This document shows positions 1 to 11,135 of a stretch of DNA of 38,255 nt, piece by piece (the stretch's first letter is position 1; the number at the start of each line of letters is the position of its first letter). This DNA comes from Octopus bimaculoides (taxonomy: Eukaryota). The translations under genes were made by a program, and so were the position numbers. The DNA is taken from the NCBI RefSeq assembly GCF_001194135.2, contig NC_068996.1, positions 32,219,461-32,257,715 of the forward strand. The letters run 5' to 3'. The notes under the pieces are model-generated. The model was not told where the DNA came from, searched no databases, and was given only the letters and a program-made list of their open reading frames with translations.

Positions 1-51
<51 letters not shown>

Positions 52-80
52 TTTGTGTGTGTGTGTGTGTGTGTGTGCGT
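1..80. repeat. (AT)n/(GT)n microsatellite
   Basis: Directly visible. Confidence 0.97.
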
Positions 81-119
81 ACGTGTACATGCGTGTGTAT
101 ATTCGTGTGTGACGCATTT

Positions 120-1230
120 CCTCACAATTTCTTGAGCACTCGTAGTCTATTTTCTTTGACCAAAGCATGATAAATTTGCGTGGTACTCAACGTACCCTTG
201 TTTCATGTGCTTACAGTGCAAAAAGCAAAACATTGATAAAATTAACATGACCTTCAAGGGCGGTGATGGCCGTAGATACAGTGAGCAACATTAACGAACC
301 ATTATTCTTCCCCATTCCATATCAAATCAGGACTAATGAAGCAATTTGTTAAAACTTTGAACAATGATCATTCCATCAAGTACATTTTCAAATTGTTCCT
401 TGACTTGTGTATTGCAAAACTAAAAGCAGGAATATTTATTGGTGCTCATATTCGTTAACTCATCTTAGATTCAGTTTTTCCGAAACAGATGAATGAAATT
501 GAAATTTCTGTTTGGTACAGTTATCTCTCAGTTATTAAGAGTATTTTAGGATAAACAGAAAACTGACAGCTATGAAGGATTAATTGAAAAGAAGTACAAT
601 AACTTTAAAAATATGGGCGCTAATATGAGCGTAAACGTATACTTTTATGCGACGTGGACCTCTCTTCCACAGAATCTTGATCTCAGTGAGGAACAAAGGG
701 CAGGGTTCCACCATGCTATAAGATAGACAAAGGAAAGGTATCAAGACAGATGGGAAAAACTTATGATGGCAGACTACGGCTGGAAGCTTCAGCGTGACTG
801 TCATGCAATAAACTTGATTAAGCAAAATCATAGACACGGCATTGCATTCAGATTGGTTGATATATTTTAATATATCTAATAACCCAACCATGCTATCATA
901 ATGACTTGTTCACTATTACTGCATAAGACATCATCAAATGTTTTGTGTTTATACTTTAAAGATTTTAGTGCTACAATGGGGTACATTTTGGGGAGGCATT
1001 TTATGTAAATATATTTTGATGTTTTATAATGAAATATAAGTATTATTTTCAGCATTTAATATTTATATCATAAAAATGGTAGAGCTCAGAAGGTTAAGCG
1101 TGGCGAATTCATACATATATGACCCTTTCGATTATGTCAAAGGACAGGTAATCTTGCAAAACTGATGTTATATTTAACTGCAGCACCACTAACTTTCAAC
1201 TTTGGCAAAGAAATTTCTGCTGAGGAAATA
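120..1230 (+). mobile_element. Decayed Chapaev-type (CMC superfamily) DNA transposon, 3' part of transposase plus 3' subterminal region
   Basis: Manual translation across frameshifts and stops gives YPCFMCL, NINEPL, HIKSGLMKQFVKTL, KLKAGIFIGAHIR*LI, MNEIEISVW, FKNMGANMSVNVYF, LSEEQRAGFHHAI and ERYQDRWEKLMMADYGWKLQRD (about 200-800). These match in order the C-terminal transposase motifs I recall for Chapaev3-like elements (HIKLGLMKQFVKAL / GIFxGPQIR / SEEQGERFHQDI / RYQGRW..MMADYCW.L.RD). The 3' limit is approximate. Confidence 0.8.
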
Positions 1231-2239
1231 TATATACTTATCTAGATATACGTACACACACATACACATATGTGTGTATAAGGCCCATAATCCAAAATAG
1301 CATAAGTGTAAATCAAACAATCAACACAGATACAATAACTGTAAAATGTCTCTACAGACGTTTCAAATACTTAATTGCTTAGTATTAGACAATATGTATT
1401 GTAATTGTTTCATTAGGGATATAACATACTTTGTATAACGAATCATTATATACATATACATATATGTTTGTGAGTATCTGTTCGGGTGCGTGTTCGTGGA
1501 TGCGTTTAATATTCTATCACTGCTTCGTTCTCGTTCCCTCTCTTTTCATGATTCAAAAGATCTAGTGAGTACGTCTTTTGGAATTAGACATTAATCTTGT
1601 CAAAGATGTGCCTGAATCATTACTTTATAGCTTCTCAGATAAGCGTTTCCTTTTCTAGGATGCTTCAATACATCTTTGTCGGTTGTGGATATAGCACACG
1701 AATTCACACTTGCTTCGTTATCGTGCAACAATAACTGGTTCTTATCTGGTCTTTTAAATCTTACAGCTATCACTTTTGCGTGCTGAGTCACTAGTGTCGT
1801 TATGAAATAAGCAAATAAGAACTTGCTTTTGAAAGCGAAAGCTGTGTGCTAACACCTCACCATCTTCTCCTTGTTACAACAAGCTCCATAGAGGAATCTG
1901 TTCATTCGCATCTTGTAGAAAGAACGGTTCCACTGGAAAGATTATCCATTAGCTGCCAACGTCCAAGGTCTCAAGGTGCTAGGACTGCTGACGCGGGGTG
2001 GGGTATGCATTGAGACTGACACATCTGCAGAATGCTTTCTGACAACATACGTGAACAGGATCTTTTGCTGTTCCTGTGGCGCGCAGCTTATCGCTTTAAC
2101 TGAGATTCAGTCCTGAGCCCATTGCAGGTCAAGATTAGCATCTGGAATGTTGCCAGTCGCTTGCTCCATTCCATTATCTAGGCCATGCAGCCACATTCTA
2201 CTGATGGTTATTTGGACAATTTCCAAAAGCTTTTTTTCT

Positions 2240-2770
2240 AAAAGAGCATAATGATAGGGGGAAGGGTCTCCTTGCGTGTTCAGAATATGCACAACTGGGA
2301 CTCAACCCCGGAACGTTCCTTTTCAATTCTGTATGTTTCTGATTTGAAGATCGGCTATCAACTGAAACTATCACTTTACTTGACAAGAAAGAGCTGGTAG
2401 TTTTCTTTGATGGCTATTACGAAGGAAGTTGCTTGCTGAAAGCTTTTGAAAGATTCGTGGACAAAGTTTTCTTTTCAGGCAAATTCCTCATCAGCTTCAA
2501 GTATCACTTGTACGCGAAGGGTGAAAGTAGAGAGTTAGACGCTTCCCTCCAGTAGATTTTTATGAAAAGTGGTAGAGTGTAATGAATAGGCCCGCACTAA
2601 ATGTGCAGTGATAGGCTAACAGCAATACCTGGAAGAAAGCGCATGAGATCTTGTGGGAAATGCTCCAAATTATTCTGCTTTCCCCTTTTTTAGAGGTTCT
2701 TTCTTGTTATTTTGTTTATCTGTAATTGACTTATTTTTATCTCTACATTCATAAATCTTTATTCAATGTA
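2240..2770 (+). pseudogene. Possible degraded NACHT-type NTPase coding fragment
   Basis: Motifs in NACHT order across two frames: KSIMIGG-RVSL-x7-W (Walker A region with apparent deletion), FSILYVSDLK, LVVFFDGYYE (Walker B-like hhhhDGYDE, one substitution away), FLISFK, RV**IG, PLF and STFINLY. 2343-2552 is stop-free. The similarity is weak and was judged by eye. Confidence 0.35.
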
Positions 2771-3510
2771 AATCCGTTTCTGTTCCCTGTAAGTTGTTTC
2801 CTTGTGTATTTCATCACTGCACTGTCACCAATGTATTCGGCATTTGTAACCAGTAAAAGTAATCCTTTGTAAAACACCGGCCAACCACAATTTTGTGCGT
2901 ATCCATTAGTCTATTACGTAGTCTCTTGTATTCGAATAGTATTTTATTTCATCGACCACAGGACGGAAAGCAAATTTGATCTCGGTTGGATTTGAATTCA
3001 CAGCATAAAACGCCAGGAAATATATCGTAATGTATTTTTCGAACGCTTAAATTTAAGTTAGCATTTGGAAATATCAACAGAAAAGAAGTGGAGATACAGC
3101 ACACGGCAGAAAATGATAACAAAGTGATAATATGCCAATACACAGGATGGCATCAAAGATAAAGACATGTCTTTTTAAGTATCAATCCACAAAGACGTGC
3201 ATGTATCTCTCAAATACAATAATTATTTTTATATTATGAAGTGAAAAGGACGATAGCTTGAATGTGACGGCTGGAAGCAGAAATACTCACCATTATTATT
3301 AATAGATACTTCGGGAATGTTTAAACAATGCGAATACGTAACCATTACACTAGAACTTACAAATGCAAGCAACATACAGCAAATAATACCACCAGGCACT
3401 AGTAGAACATAATAGAGTAGTAAATACAAAATCAAAACACTGCACATACCCATGGCACTTAAAATAATGATCGGTGGTACTGCGAAATCACGCAATAAAA
3501 TCAAAACGCC

Positions 3511-3590
<80 letters not shown>

Positions 3591-3748
3591 AGAAGAGGAG
3601 GAGGAAATATAAGGGGGGAGGGGAGGAATATAAGGGGGAAAAGATGAAGGATTATAAGGCGGAGGAGGAGGAGGAGAAGGGAGGAAGAAGAAGAAGAAGA
3701 AGAAGAAGAAGAAGAAGAAGAAGAAGAAGAAGAAGAAGAAGAAGAAGA
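3511..3748. repeat. (TAG)n, GA-rich spacer, (AAG)n compound microsatellite
   Basis: Directly visible; source of the poly-S/R/F/Y ORFs. Confidence 0.97.
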
Positions 3749-3923
3749 TGAGAAAGTGGTAGTGGATCAGGTGAAAGGGAGAGATTTTTATAGCCATGGC
3801 AGTGATCGTCAAAGTCAAAAACATTTGCGTTTGCTTGAATTGTTCGAATTTCTGCCGTTAAAAATGATTTTTAAATTGTTTTTGTTGATGATTCTGATAT
3901 CGATGTTGGCAGTGTAGTTTATA

Positions 3924-4160
3924 TTGTTGTTGTTGCTGCTGCTGCTGCTGCTGTTGTTGTTATTGACGATGATGACGATGATGGTGATGATGGTGGTGGT
4001 GGTGGTGGTGGTTAGAATGTTGCCGTCTAAGCTGATGCTAATAACAATACACGCCTGAAGCGATCAGAGAATGAGCGATGAAGTAAGAAAGCACGTGAAG
4101 AGGAAACTGTGAAGAACTGAAATAAATAAATCAGAAAGTAGAATATAGCGCGAGAGAGCG

Positions 4161-4229
<69 letters not shown>

Positions 4230-4744
4230 AGGAGAGAAGGAGAGAAATTGAGAATGAATGTTTGAAATGGAGAAAGAGAAATGAAAGACAAGTAGATATA
4301 GGAATAGTGTAAAGATATGAATTACTGTCATTTGTCTTGTAGCAGTGAAAAATTGTTTCTTCCAGTGGGTATTTTTCATTTTTCTAGGGCAGTATCTCTG
4401 TGAATAGACAGGCAAACTGAACAAGTTAACATACGTCCACCGTTAACACGGAAATCAATACATAAATACGTACATGCAAACACACACACGCACACACACA
4501 CATACACACACACACGCACATACACACACATGAACACACACGCACGCATACGCATACATGCACATATATACACGCCTGAGTATGTGTAAGTATGTGTAGG
4601 TATCATACATTTATAAGCAAACGCATTACATTTTCTTTTTCTTCATATCTTTGCTATTTTATAAACCTCAACAATATCCAGTACTCGTTGCGTATTCATC
4701 ATTACCACCAATATAACCATCACAACCACCACCACCATCACTCC

Positions 4745-4775
<31 letters not shown>

Positions 4776-4780
4776 CACTG
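3924..4780. repeat. Cluster of (TGT/TGC/GAT/GGT)n, (AG)n, degenerate (CA)n and (CAC/CTA)n repeats
   Basis: Directly visible runs at about 3924-4012, 4165-4224, 4470-4570 and 4700-4780. Confidence 0.92.
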
Positions 4781-5469
4781 TTGCCAGAGTTACTTCTGCC
4801 TCCTAACAATGTCTCCGAGCTAACCTCTCCATAGCACCTCGGTCTGCATGAATAGCACCCAAATCTCCCGCAACTCACATTGTATCATCTTCAAACCTAG
4901 TTCACATTAGATAATGCTGAGCTTTAAAATATAATGAGACGATTTTGATCATAAGTTTGTTGAATTAGTCTTGATCTGGAGCTAAACAATAATTTTAACT
5001 ATCAAACCTTCCAACCACATTTCTCCACCTCACATAAAAATCGACAAATCTGCCATCACTAACAACAATATATATTCGTCTAATGACATACGCTATTAGA
5101 AATTCATCGAAGCTTAATAACGAAACATCAAATGTTATTTTAGATGTGGATCTTTCCTTCACTTGTTTTTGTCACTCTTGTTGTCCCTTACAATACATGT
5201 ATAAGCACACGTGCGCGTGTTTGAATGTGCTTGTATGTGTCTTTGGAGTGGAATGTCCTATGGTATTAATTACTGGTGTATCCCATGTTCATTAAAAGCT
5301 ATTATATACCAAACTTATAGTCACTGTCACGACTAGTGTCACATCGTTTTTCTCTAACAAATAAAAGAAAATGGATCCTCCGTTGTTTTTGACGGCGATT
5401 ATTCCTGTAGTTCAGTCAAGGCGACTTACGCACTCATTAATTTATAATGTAAGCGGCCGATTATTTCAG

Positions 5470-5570
5470 ATACATGTATTTAACGCAATATTCAATCAGA
5501 GTCAATGTGTCACATTGTGTGACAAAAGTGGCTCTTTAAATAACAATTACAGCTTACCCGATGGGCATCC
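5470..5570 (+). CDS. Candidate internal exon (101 nt, phase 0 to 2), IHVFNAIFNQSQCVTLCDKSGSLNNNYSLPDGHP
   Basis: Acceptor TTATTTCAG ends at 5469 and donor GTAAGT starts at 5571; only one frame is open. Product not recognised. Confidence 0.3.
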
Positions 5571-5860
5571 GTAAGTTTTCTACTTACAGATTTTCACGCA
5601 CAAAACGGCTATGGTACGCGTCTATTAGCCAACGTGTAGCACTTATGGCGAGGTCTTACTTAAGAGATGTTGTCAATAGTTCAGGATTTTCATGATCTTT
5701 TGTAAACTATAAAAACATAGATCCGCTGTTATTTACACAATACTCTGTACAGAATCATATGGAATAATTCGAATAACATAATTAATAGTAGTACTGTCCC
5801 TTCAATGAAGATTTATGCTTTAAATTTTCTTGAGCCAGAGATCTGTCGTTCCTTTTAAAT

Positions 5861-5960
5861 TACATAGGTTGAAAATAGTAAACATTATAGAAGCACAACA
5901 AGACAGTGAGTACATAGGTGGAAAATAGTAAACATTACATAAGAACACGATAGTGAATAC
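5861..5960. repeat. Imperfect tandem duplication, about 50-bp unit x2
   Basis: TACATAGGT(T/G)GAAAATAGTAAACATTA starts at both 5861 and 5911. Confidence 0.85.
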
Positions 5961-6571
5961 TATAAATCGCTGTTAATTTCCTACAAATAAAGAATAACAT
6001 TCAGGTTCGATTCCACTTTGAGTGAATTCACTTCAATTATTCTTCCTACTTACAATTCTCAGTTGAAATCAAAACGCTGAGGAGCGGTGTTCTTGAAACA
6101 TAAATGAAGATTGAACTGCTATTACAGATAAAAAGAAAATAACTCATATATTGATACTGGAAGCTATATTTATGTGTCAACTGGATTGATGATGTCTGCG
6201 CTTGATTTGATTAATTTATACGGTTGAGTACTTCAATGACAATTCTGGAAATACGCTTCCCCAGTAAAAATAATACAAAAGCCCCTAAATATTAAATGAG
6301 TGAAATTGGACAAAAAAAAATTTATTCAATACACCGGAAAAGCACCGACATAATGCCAAATGTCTTGAACTGAATACATGTAAACAGGCAACTCGATATT
6401 TGTAATCCGTTTTCACTTCTTTCTAAAACTATAAATATACATCCTCACATGGTATTAAAGAATTAGGTCAAGATATTCATGATATAGAAGTAAAGTTACT
6501 GGATTAAAATTTTCAATACATCATTTTGCTATCACATAATAGGGTAGAGAAAATGAATGACGGTGGCTACA

Positions 6572-6572
<1 letters not shown>

Positions 6573-6640
<68 letters not shown>

Positions 6641-6645
6641 TGTAT
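6573..6645. repeat. (AT)n(ATGT)n microsatellite
   Basis: Directly visible. Confidence 0.96.
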
Positions 6646-8631
6646 ATGCATTTATATAAAGAGTGCTTCTCAGTCATATATTTATTTTGCGGATATGACG
6701 TAAAGACAACAGAAGATAACGATTTAAAGTAATTTGCGAAATATAATTGTATCGTGTGTATTACTAGTTATATTTCCATTGGCTCATTCATCCTCATCAA
6801 TATTTTAAAACTTTTGTCTGTGTGTCTAGGTTTTCCCTTTGTATAGTCTCTTTCTTTTACATGACCTTCTCTATTCTTACTTTCCTTTTATAATGTCATC
6901 TTGTATTTATTCATGCCAGTTTTAATGATTTTAATGATTTAAATTTCATTTCTTTTGTCTATAGTGCGAGATCGTAGATCAAATATGCTTCCCCGACATT
7001 TTTATGGAAATCTTTATTTCTTATTTTAAATATGCAAGTAGTATTGTCTAAACTAATGATGAGATACATACAAGCTTATATCTTCGATTTGTTTCTCTCA
7101 ATTAGTTAATTGCAGTCGTAGCAATTTAGTTATTTGTTAATGATGATTATAACTTAATTTCATATCTGAAATTGCAGACAAATTTACTATAGTAGTATGT
7201 ATTCATACGTTCATATATATATATAAGCAATCGCAAAAAGAGAAAGAGAGAAAGAAAGAGAGAATATTGTTCTATTACTATACTGCATCTGCTATTACGA
7301 ATTTATATGTATTCTTACTTTGATATATACACACATCACTAATAAAGATATCAGGATATCGGGTTCCGTATAAAAGAATTTTAGGGTTACAAAGCAAATT
7401 TATTTCAAAAGCGGTTCGTTATCGTTGAGGTCTGGCTTAGATAGTAGCACAATCATGCATGCCAAGATTATTATTTCATTTCCTTATTTCATTACATGAA
7501 AATGGACATCCAGGAGAAAAATTTTACTGCAATTCAGTTTACATAATGTTATGAAATAATATTGTGGTTATAACGCTTTATATAAGTTAAGAAAACAACA
7601 AGGATAGAATTTCTAAAACTGTCTGTCGAATTTCTTTTTTTTTTTTTAATGATTTACTGTATATAGAGAATACTTTAAGCAAGTTTAAGAACTATACGTA
7701 GCTCTATATACACCGAAGCTGCGGAGACTCAGTTGGTGAGACACAACAAGTATACTTCTGTTTGTTGAAGCTGCATAACTTCTCTAAAAATGAATACGTC
7801 AAATAATTTTAGAGCAATACTAGAATTGATTTCTTAGTCCTTTGATGTGTAATATAATATTTCCCGGAAAATATATGTATGGTTATGTGTATATATTTAT
7901 TATATTTTACAGGATTTAGCCATTGTTTGAGGTCATACCGGGGCACTGCTCTTAATGTATATAAAGACACACAGACATATATTAACACAAACGCACAAAC
8001 ACATGTTGATCTTGGGTCATGTACATAACTTATTTCAACTAAATCCATTTTCTCACGACTTCAGTTTCAAGCCAGTGCTAAGCCTGGAACTCGTATAACG
8101 AATAAAAGAATTCAGTTTAAAAGCCAATATGCCCTATACTTTGTTTTGAACGCCCTCTTCCGATTTCATTCACAAAACTTCATATGCATGTGCGTATATG
8201 AATATATATGCGCGCGCGCGTGTATTATGTGTATAAGTACGTTCACATACACATATATAAACACGCACATACATGCAGACATATACAGATTCATAAACGT
8301 CTCTCAACTTCTTGTTATAGGCCTTCTTTCTAATCATTATAGTTTGTGTTGCGAAGTTTAATCTGTAACACTATATATATAGACACCATAAAGCAGTGGG
8401 TGGCAGGATCGGAATGACATCATAAAAATATAGAGCCCAGTTATTTTCTTATTTCTATGCATCGAGTTTGGTAAAACAGCTACCAGTCAAGTATAGAGGT
8501 AGCCATTAGTGTCTATACGCTTAAATGGCAGCTGTCTGATGGCTGAAATAGAACAAAAGGAAATATATACATTGTCGTGTAGTTGAGATGTATGTATACG
8601 TCTTACTATGTACTTCTCTCTCTTTCTCTCA

Positions 8632-8635
<4 letters not shown>

Positions 8636-8708
<73 letters not shown>

Positions 8709-8720
8709 TGCGTGCGCGCG
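8636..8720. repeat. (GT)n microsatellite
   Basis: Directly visible. Confidence 0.97.
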
Positions 8721-9144
8721 TCTATGCATGTATATAGTTTAGTGTACACAGTATATAATTATGAGCTATTACTAGTTTCATACATCGGAAATATTAACTA
8801 GGCAGGTTTTAAAGCACGCCTAGTGTCTCTAAGTAATTTTGAGGCTCTGGAAACATACAAGTTACAAATCAGGACAATAGAACAGGAGATATCACGAGGA
8901 AAAAAATACAAGATTAAGATGCGTTCAAAAAGTGAAATGGTGAAAAAACAAACAACGAAAAAAAATAACGGAAAAGGAAAAAGCCAAAAAATAAAGAAAA
9001 AAGGATTAGAGTAATGTTCCCTCTGAGCCTAATGTCGTATGGCTAGATGATATAGAATCAACAGAAGTTGATATTAATCAATGGAAGTATATTATTTGAT
9101 CGAATGTCTGTTAAAGTCTGCGATACGGCTGCTCAATCTGTACT

Positions 9145-9328
9145 CTCTTTTACTCTTTTACTTGTTTCAGTCATTTGACTGCGGCCATACTGGAGCACCG
9201 CCTCTAGTCGAATCAAATCGACCCCTTATTCTTTGTAAGCCTAGTACTTATTCTATCGGCCTCTTTTGCCGAACCAATAAGTTACGGGGACGTAAACACA
9301 CCATCATCGGTTGTCAAGCGATGCTGGA

Positions 9329-9380
<52 letters not shown>

Positions 9381-9558
9381 GTACATATGCACATATATAC
9401 GACAGGCTTCTTTCAGTTTCCGTCTACCAAATCCACTCTCAAGGCTTTGGTCGGCCCGAGGCTATAGTAGAATACACTTGCCCAAGGTGCCACGCAGTGG
9501 GACTGAACCCAAGACCATATGGTTCGTAAGCAAGCTACTTACCACACAGTCACTCCCA
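9145..9558 (-). mobile_element. tRNA-derived octopus SINE (family 1, OR/CORE-type) with internal (CA)n/(AT)n
   Basis: Minus strand reads A-box-like GTGACTGTGTGG, B-box-like GGTTCAGTCCC, CORE-like TGGCACCTTGGGCAAGT, then an internal microsatellite and a 3' body ending ATGACTGAAACAAGTAAAAGAG. It is collinear with the copy at 29338-29820. Confidence 0.85.
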
Positions 9559-10535
9559 ATTCGCCAAAAGAATCTTCTCTATTGGTTTGCATGTGTTGAG
9601 AATTTCTGATCCGGAATTCTGCAGTGCGGTTGACATTTTAGATATAAAATGGATGTGCGATCTTTCGGGTAAGCATAACTTGAATGTTTTTTTATCCATT
9701 CACATTTGGCATGGATTTTTCTACGATTTTCCCTTGATTGTAGTAGGTGTGGAAATGGTTCTCAAACCTCGAACGTGGCTAGCCAATTTAGTGGCTTTAA
9801 TTTTGTCCATATACCGGAAAGAGGATAAGTGGTCAGCATAGCGACTTTTGAAGTCGCCTTCGCATAACCCGATGTAATTCTTCTTTTTGGTTATGTTATC
9901 ATGCAGCGTTATTGTAACTTTTGCCAGAGTTTTTCATGCACCTCTGGTCGAATTGACAAGCTCCAGAGTCTCGAGAGTTACAACTGGGATTGGACTCTTG
10001 GTGCTGTTTGCAGGTAATGATGCTCTTTACATTGGGGCAGCAGCTATATCATTTGTTTGAATGACTGTTAAAGATTTTTCTGTATTTATGATTTTCTGGT
10101 AAGCGCTTGTCTAAAAGAAACAGGAATCTTTTACCTACGTTAATTTTAACACTTAGGGAGAAGTGGGGGCGAACTGAATTATTTTCTTAAGCCTATTCTT
10201 AGGTTAATCTTTATCATTCGTATTATTACAAGAAGGGTTGTAATATAACTTATCTTTCAAACCACTATTATCTGGGGAATTGTTATGGCAGGGGGCTGCC
10301 TTATCAAAAATTCCTTTAGAAGAAGAGAGGTGCCAATGTTAGTTATCAGGTTTTTAAACAGTGTGGGATGGTGGCAGGGTTGTTTGTATATGTGGAAAAA
10401 ATTTTCGTTGAGCTTATTGCACAGTTTTCAAGAATGAGAGTTTAGATCTAAGGGAACATAAACATTGGACTTCTGACAAATTAGAAGTAACCGTGATTTT
10501 GAGGCTTAATTGATTAAAGGTAGGAATTAAGTTTT
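9557..10535 (-). mobile_element. Penelope-like element relic (RT thumb, Cys linker, GIY-YIG endonuclease)
   Basis: Minus-strand peptides LKITVTSNL, SSSKGIFDKAAP, FSLSVKINVGKRFL, KIFN..YSCCPNVKSII, CNSR...CQFDQRC, NYIGLCEGDFKSRYADHLSSF, ATKLASHV and EILNTCK match PLE C-terminal architecture. Many stops and frameshifts. Confidence 0.88.
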
Positions 10536-10570
10536 TATAAAATTTTTGTGAGGGAAAAAAAATGAAACGG

Positions 10571-10573
<3 letters not shown>

Positions 10574-10640
<67 letters not shown>

Positions 10641-11005
10641 NNNNNNNNNNNNNNNNNNNNNNNNNNNNNNNNNNNNNNNNNNNNNNNNNNNNNNNNNNNN
10701 NNNNNNNNNNNNNNNNNNNNNNNNNNNNNNNNNNNNNNNNNNNNNNNNNNNNNNNNNNNNNNNNNNNNNNNNNNNNNNNNNNNNNNNNNNNNNNNNNNNN
10801 NNNNNNNNNNNNNNNNNNNNNNNNNNNNNNNNNNNNNNNNNNNNNNNNNNNNNNNNNNNNNNNNNNNNNNNNNNNNNNNNNNNNNNNNNNNNNNNNNNNN
10901 NNNNNNNNNNNNNNNNNNNNNNNNNNNNNNNNNNNNNNNNNNNNNNNNNNNNNNNNNNNNNNNNNNNNNNNNNNNNNNNNNNNNNNNNNNNNNNNNNNNN
11001 NNNNN

Positions 11006-11046
<41 letters not shown>

Positions 11047-11135
11047 TATATATGTATTATATATGTATGCATGTATGTATGAATGTGTGCGTGCGTGCGT
11101 GCGCGCGCGCATGTGAGTATGTGTGCGCGCGCGTA
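10574..11135. other. Assembly gap (N 10641-11005) flanked by (AT)n/(GT)n
   Basis: Run of Ns between microsatellites. Confidence 0.98.

Noticed and set aside
580-891. 103-aa minus-strand ORF
   Set aside because: It is the antisense of the decayed Chapaev-type transposase on the + strand.
1600-2700. Minus-strand AcademX-like (XPG) or + strand KRBA2/integrase-like reading
   Set aside because: Only scattered 3-5 residue resemblances with inconsistent spacing; stop density in the minus frame is about background.
3229-3504. Hydrophobic 91-aa ORF resembling a membrane protein, with GTAAGT/GTGAGT donors
   Set aside because: It runs out of a (TAG)n tract through AAT/AGT-biased sequence, has no credible acceptor, and shows no recognisable motif.
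3452-4834. Poly-S/R/F/Y/H/L ORFs
   Set aside because: Pure microsatellite translations.
7911-8020. Strong acceptor followed by an open frame FSHCLRSYRGTALNVYKDTQ...
   Set aside because: No good donor before the stop, and the phase is incompatible with the other candidate exons.
9500-9558. tRNA-like A/B boxes (also at 22100-22175 and 29340-29410)
   Set aside because: These are SINE heads continuing into CORE-like sequence; there is no complete cloverleaf.
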